Shown one piece after another: positions 28,697 to 32,000 of a stretch of 32,000 nt of DNA. The DNA lies in contig NC_000964.3 of the NCBI RefSeq assembly GCF_000009045.1, positions 3,420,001 to 3,452,000 on the forward strand, written 5' to 3'. Below the pieces are notes generated by a model. The model was given only the letters and a program-made list of their open reading frames with translations, was not told the origin of the DNA and searched no databases. The first letter of the stretch is position 1, and each line of letters starts with the position of its first letter. The position numbers and the translations under genes are program-made. The stretch is from Bacillus subtilis subsp. subtilis str. 168. Its GTDB lineage: Bacteria; Bacillota; Bacilli; Bacillales; Bacillaceae.

Positions 28697-29052
28697 TTGT
28701 ACTGCCCGCTTTTATGTACCGGCTCAGACACCGCAACATGCTCGATCAGGTTTAAAGACACAACACCGGCAATAATCAATCCAATTGAAATGACTTTCAT
28801 GACACTCACATGTTCTTGAAAAAACAAAAAACCAACGACTGTAATCAAGACAATTCCCATCCCTGACCATACAGCATAAGCAACTGATACATCAATGGAT
28901 TTAAGCGTAAGCGTCAGAAAGAAAAGACTCCCTCCATAAAAGAAAATCAACAGCAAACTGGGAATAAGCTTTGTAAAACCAGACGATAGCTTCATGCTGA
29001 CAGTTCCCGCAACCTCAAACAAAATCGCCAAGCATAGAAACACCCAATTCAT
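28693..29052 (-). CDS. yvaE: Small multidrug resistance (SMR) family transporter YvaE
   Basis: 119 aa; LAILFEVAGTVSMKLSSGFTKLIPS and AYAVWSGMGIV are SMR signatures. Confidence 0.9.
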   Translation of the reverse strand: MNWVFLCLAILFEVAGTVSMKLSSGFTKLIPSLLLIFFYGGSLFFLTLTLKSIDVSVAYAVWSGMGIVLITVVGFLFFQEHVSVMKVISIGLIIAGVVSLNLIEHVAVSEPVHKSGQYK

Positions 29053-29621
29053 GTGGCATCAGCCTCCTCATCAGCTGTTATACCGTTAAACAAAACATCT
29101 ACAATTGATTCAAGTACCTCTCCTGTCGTGAACTGATGTTTCAGCGGATATTCAGGGTCATACACTTGATTGATGCTCCCTATATACATGTGAACAAACA
29201 GGTCCGGATTGATGTTTCTGATTCTCTTTTGCTGTTTGCACTCATTTAATAATGCTAGGACAATCGCCCATTCTTCCTTAATAAACGCGTCTAATGTAAG
29301 CCACGCATCGTAATGGTATTTCTTTAGTTCATTTAATAATCCCATGTTCAGCAGTTCCATCCCCTGCGGAAGGCTGATCAGCATTTGTTTCACCTTTTCG
29401 AGCACATTTAAACTTTCATTTTCATAGATGTCTCTTTCTATTTGCTTCATTTCAGCTATAAATTGTTCGACAACCGCCTCAACAAGCTGATCTTTAGATG
29501 AATAATATGCATAGAGCGTCCGCTTGCTCGTTCCCAGCGCTGCCGCCAAATCATTCATCGTAAATGAAAATCCTTTCTGCTTGATCAGCCGGAAGGTTTC
29601 CGCCAGAATTCTTTTATCCAT
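29049..29621 (-). CDS. yvaF: TetR-family transcriptional regulator YvaF
   Basis: 190 aa; N-terminal HTH KGFSFTMNDLAAALGTSKRTLYAYYSSKDQLVEAVV. Confidence 0.9.
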   Translation of the reverse strand: MDKRILAETFRLIKQKGFSFTMNDLAAALGTSKRTLYAYYSSKDQLVEAVVEQFIAEMKQIERDIYENESLNVLEKVKQMLISLPQGMELLNMGLLNELKKYHYDAWLTLDAFIKEEWAIVLALLNECKQQKRIRNINPDLFVHMYIGSINQVYDPEYPLKHQFTTGEVLESIVDVLFNGITADEEADAT

Positions 29622-29634
29622 ATTAATCCCCCGC

Positions 29635-29666
29635 TTTCGGTACCAAGAAAACTATTTCGGTACCAA
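29635..29666. promoter_or_regulatory. Tandem operator-like repeats TTTCGGTACCAA x2 (20-bp phase) in yvaF leader
   Basis: Identical 12-mers at 29635-29646 and 29655-29666, each containing GGTACC. Confidence 0.65.
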
Positions 29667-29667
29667 T

Positions 29668-29696
29668 ATTATACGGCAGAAATTTATGGAAATCAA
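29668..29696 (-). promoter_or_regulatory. SigA-type promoter for yvaF-yvaE-yvaD
   Basis: Minus strand TTGATT (29696-29691), 17-nt spacer, TATAAT (29673-29668). Confidence 0.65.
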
Positions 29697-29703
29697 CAAT
29701 ATA

Positions 29704-29737
29704 TAAAAAAACCTCTCCTATTGGGAGAGGTTTAAAA
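29704..29737 (-). terminator. Intrinsic terminator downstream of yvaG
   Basis: Minus strand TTTTAAACCTCTCCCAATAGGAGAGGTTTTTTTAT. Confidence 0.85.
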
Positions 29738-30526
29738 GACACTGCGGACCAAACCGCCGTCCGCCCGAAGTGCCGCGCCATTGATCGCAGAGGAAAGCGG
29801 ACTGCTTAAAAATGTAACGAAGTGGGCGATTTCTTCCGGACGGATCAGTCTTTGAATAATAGATGTCGGCCGGTTTTCTTTCATAAAACGTGCCTCAGCT
29901 TCTTGAACAGTCAGGTTTTCACCAGGATACAGCGAGTTCAGCATGGTTTCCACACCCTCTGTTAAGGTAGAGCCCGGCATGACGGTGTTGACTGTGACAT
30001 TCGTGCCGGTTGCCAGCTCCGCCAAACTGCGGGAAATGGACAGCTGCATCGTTTTTGTCGCACTGTAATGGGCCATTTCCTGTGACGGCATAATCGCCGC
30101 TTCACTGGCAATGAAAATCACACGCCCTTCTTTTTTCTCTATCATGTTATGCAAATACCTGCGTGTCAGCCTTACACCGCTCATAATATTCACTTCAAAA
30201 AAACGAAACCATTCATCGTCGGGAATATCAAAGTACTCCGCCGGTTCAAAAATCCCTAAATTGTTGACCAAAATATCAACCTCTGGATATGCCTGAAACA
30301 GCTCATTGCAGCCTTCTTCTGTTCCCAAATCAAATGCAGCCGGATAAAGAACCGCTTCAGCATGTTGTGTTTTCAGTTCATCTATCGTTTGATTCACTTT
30401 CTCTTCCCGGCGTCCGTTAATGATCACTGCCGCACCTTCTTCAGCTAACGAAGAGGCAATAGCTTTTCCGATCCCTGATGTCGAACCGGTCACCAGTGCG
30501 GTTTTTCCTTGTAAATTCAGCTTCAT
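29732..30526 (-). CDS. yvaG: Short-chain dehydrogenase/reductase YvaG
   Basis: 264 aa; TGSTSGIGKAIASSLAEEGA, YSATK catalytic motif, NNLG. Confidence 0.9.
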   Translation of the reverse strand: MKLNLQGKTALVTGSTSGIGKAIASSLAEEGAAVIINGRREEKVNQTIDELKTQHAEAVLYPAAFDLGTEEGCNELFQAYPEVDILVNNLGIFEPAEYFDIPDDEWFRFFEVNIMSGVRLTRRYLHNMIEKKEGRVIFIASEAAIMPSQEMAHYSATKTMQLSISRSLAELATGTNVTVNTVMPGSTLTEGVETMLNSLYPGENLTVQEAEARFMKENRPTSIIQRLIRPEEIAHFVTFLSSPLSSAINGAALRADGGLVRSVF

Positions 30527-30663
30527 TATTCATCCCTCCGTTTTTGATTCCTCTTATTTATTGACAGAAATCTGATTGGTGAAACATCTGCTCTGCAATC
30601 AGTATGAAACAGCTGGGATTGAAATGGAAGTACGCACTTTTTGGTGCCTGTGGTTTGGAGAAA

Positions 30664-30701
30664 AAATAAAGCAGAACCTCTTAAGAGGTTCTGCTTTATT
30701 G
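30664..30701 (-). terminator. Intrinsic terminator downstream of ssrA
   Basis: Minus strand AATAAAGCAGAACCTCTTAAGAGGTTCTGCTTTATTTTTT. Confidence 0.93.
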
Positions 30702-30711
30702 TCAGTATGTA

Positions 30712-31071
30712 TGGAGACGGTGGGAGTCGAACCCACGTCCAGAAACATCGATTACTTAAGCGTCTACGAGCGTAGCCTGCATATTTATGGTTTCACTCAT
30801 CTTCTTGCCTGCGGGCGGGCCTTCCGAGAGCTAGTCTGTTCATCTCTTCTTACGTTCTCAGACGGGAACGCAAGCGTAGCCTACTTGGATGTGCTCTTCA
30901 CAGACACATAGGCAATGTCAGGAAGAGCTCGCTGCGCTTATTAGGCAGCTAATGCTACGTTTTGGTTAAAACTGTTAGTTTTGCCAGTTATATTTAAGTG
31001 CGTGTTTACGAGATCGCCTCTCGGCTCGCAGCTCAAGCTCGATCCATCCCTGTCGAATCCGTAACGTCCCC
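30712..31071 (-). ncRNA. ssrA: Transfer-messenger RNA (tmRNA, SsrA)
   Basis: Minus strand GGGGACGTTACGGATTCGACAGGGATGGATC... to ...GGGTTCGACTCCCACCGTCTCCA; acceptor stem, T-loop and tag reading frame all present. Confidence 0.97.
30941..30985 (-). other. ssrA: tmRNA proteolysis-tag reading frame GKTNSFNQNVALAA*
   Basis: GGC AAA ACT AAC AGT TTT AAC CAA AAC GTA GCA TTA GCT GCC TAA (TAA) read within the tmRNA. Confidence 0.95.
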
Positions 31072-31131
31072 TTGGTATAAGGGAAATACGGGAGAAAATA
31101 TCAAGCTCTCACTCAAACTGGCTATAGTCTT

Positions 31132-31166
31132 ATTATAACATGATCACGGCTCTTTTCAATTGTCAA
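31132..31166 (-). promoter_or_regulatory. ssrA promoter region
   Basis: Minus strand TATAAT at 31137-31132; TTGAAA 16 nt upstream (31159-31154); a TTGACA also lies at 31166-31161 (23-nt spacing). Confidence 0.6.
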
Positions 31167-31247
31167 ATCCTTCAAATGAATGGCGTCGTGATCTGATCGT
31201 GAACACAGTATAGCACAGGCCTGATTTTCGAATCAAGCACTATGCCT

Positions 31248-31718
31248 TTAGAAGCCTTTTTGACTGTCTCTGAACGCTCTTTCGATTTCCCGCTTCGCGT
31301 CCTTGCGCTTCAGATCTTCCCGTTTGTCATAGTTCTTCTTCCCTTTTCCAAGGCCGAGAAGCACTTTGGCAAAGCCGTTTTTTAAATACAGCTTCAGCGG
31401 AACGAGAGAATAGCCTTTTTCCTTTGTTAACCCGATCAGCTTATTAATCTCCTTGCGGTGCATTAACAGCTTTCTTGTCCGGAGCGGATCGTGGTTATAG
31501 CGGTTTCCCTGCTCATATGGGCTGACGTGCATATTGTGGAGAAACACTTCTCCCCGTTCGATTTTGGCGAAGGAATCCTTAAGGTTTACGCGGCCGGCGC
31601 GAATCGATTTGATTTCGGTTCCTTGCAGAACGATGCCTGTTTCATAGGTTTCTTCTATAAAATAATCGTGGTTGGCTTTCTTATTTTGAGATAATACTTT
31701 TCCTGACCCTTTTGGCAT
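31248..31718 (-). CDS. smpB: SsrA-binding protein SmpB (YvaI)
   Basis: 156 aa from ATG 31718 ([40 protein letters not shown]...), GAGGTTCTGGC upstream; the track's 31754 start is an extension. Confidence 0.95.
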   Translation of the reverse strand: MPKGSGKVLSQNKKANHDYFIEETYETGIVLQGTEIKSIRAGRVNLKDSFAKIERGEVFLHNMHVSPYEQGNRYNHDPLRTRKLLMHRKEINKLIGLTKEKGYSLVPLKLYLKNGFAKVLLGLGKGKKNYDKREDLKRKDAKREIERAFRDSQKGF

Positions 31719-31862
31719 GCCAGAACCTCCTCTCTCTAAGGAAAAACTGTCCACCTTTTGCGATACGCTCTATTTTACCAAATGTCACGTACCGCTACAA
31801 TGAAAAGCTGTTTCCGAAAGAAAGCAAATAGAGCGCTGCGGCCCTATTTGCTGGTTGAGCTG

Positions 31863-32000
31863 CTATTTCTTCTTTTTCCGTTTCTGTTTCGGAGCATTCT
31901 GGAAGCCGCGTTTTTTCTTTTTCTTCTTCGGCTTAGTGAACCACTCCCCTTTTTCCTCAGACGGAGCTGGAGAAACAGGTGTATTGGTGCTTTGAACACG
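31863..32000 (-). CDS. rnr: Ribonuclease R (Rnr, YvaJ), Lys-rich C-terminus only; truncated by window edge
   Basis: Minus frame open to window end: ...[45 protein letters not shown]; downstream neighbour smpB fits known synteny. Confidence 0.85.

Noticed and set aside
30576-30911. 111-aa plus-strand ORF (MVKHLLCNQYETAG...METVGVEPTSRNID...)
   Set aside because: Antisense to the tmRNA and its terminator; the VGVEPTSRN-like peptide is an artefact of translating the opposite strand of the tmRNA T-arm.
1-32000. Searched for CRISPR arrays, IS elements/transposases, phage genes, toxin-antitoxin pairs, restriction or defence genes, tRNA/rRNA
   Set aside because: Nothing seen by eye; nearly all sequence is accounted for by conserved housekeeping or metabolic genes, so no novel defence or mobile system is claimed.

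Overview
This 32 kb window reads as a core-genome segment of the Bacillus subtilis group (gene order yvsH-sspJ-yvsG-yvgJ-yvgK-modA/modB-like-yvgN-yvgO-nhaK-cysI-cysJ-helD-yvgT-bdbC-bdbD-cadA-copA-copZ-csoR-iolW/yvaA-azoR2-yvaC-yvaD-yvaE-yvaF-yvaG-ssrA-smpB-rnr). Identification is by recognition of protein sequences and synteny, with no database search. Both edges cut genes: an amino-acid permease at the left (minus strand) and the RNase R C-terminus at the right (minus strand). I see no prophage, transposon, CRISPR, toxin/defence island, tRNA or rRNA. The non-coding features are a lysine riboswitch with terminator, tmRNA, several strong intrinsic terminators, and well-formed candidate operators/promoters upstream of cadA, copZ, copA, azoR2, yvaF and the modA-like gene. 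I found no convincing new biological system. The best leads are a ModAB-type transporter with no local ATPase beside a HTH-PBP fusion regulator, a second CsoR-like palindrome plus hairpin between copZ and copA, a 20-bp-phased double operator in front of a TetR-SMR-unknown-membrane-protein operon (yvaF-yvaE-yvaD), and a structured region with a palindrome upstream of nhaK.
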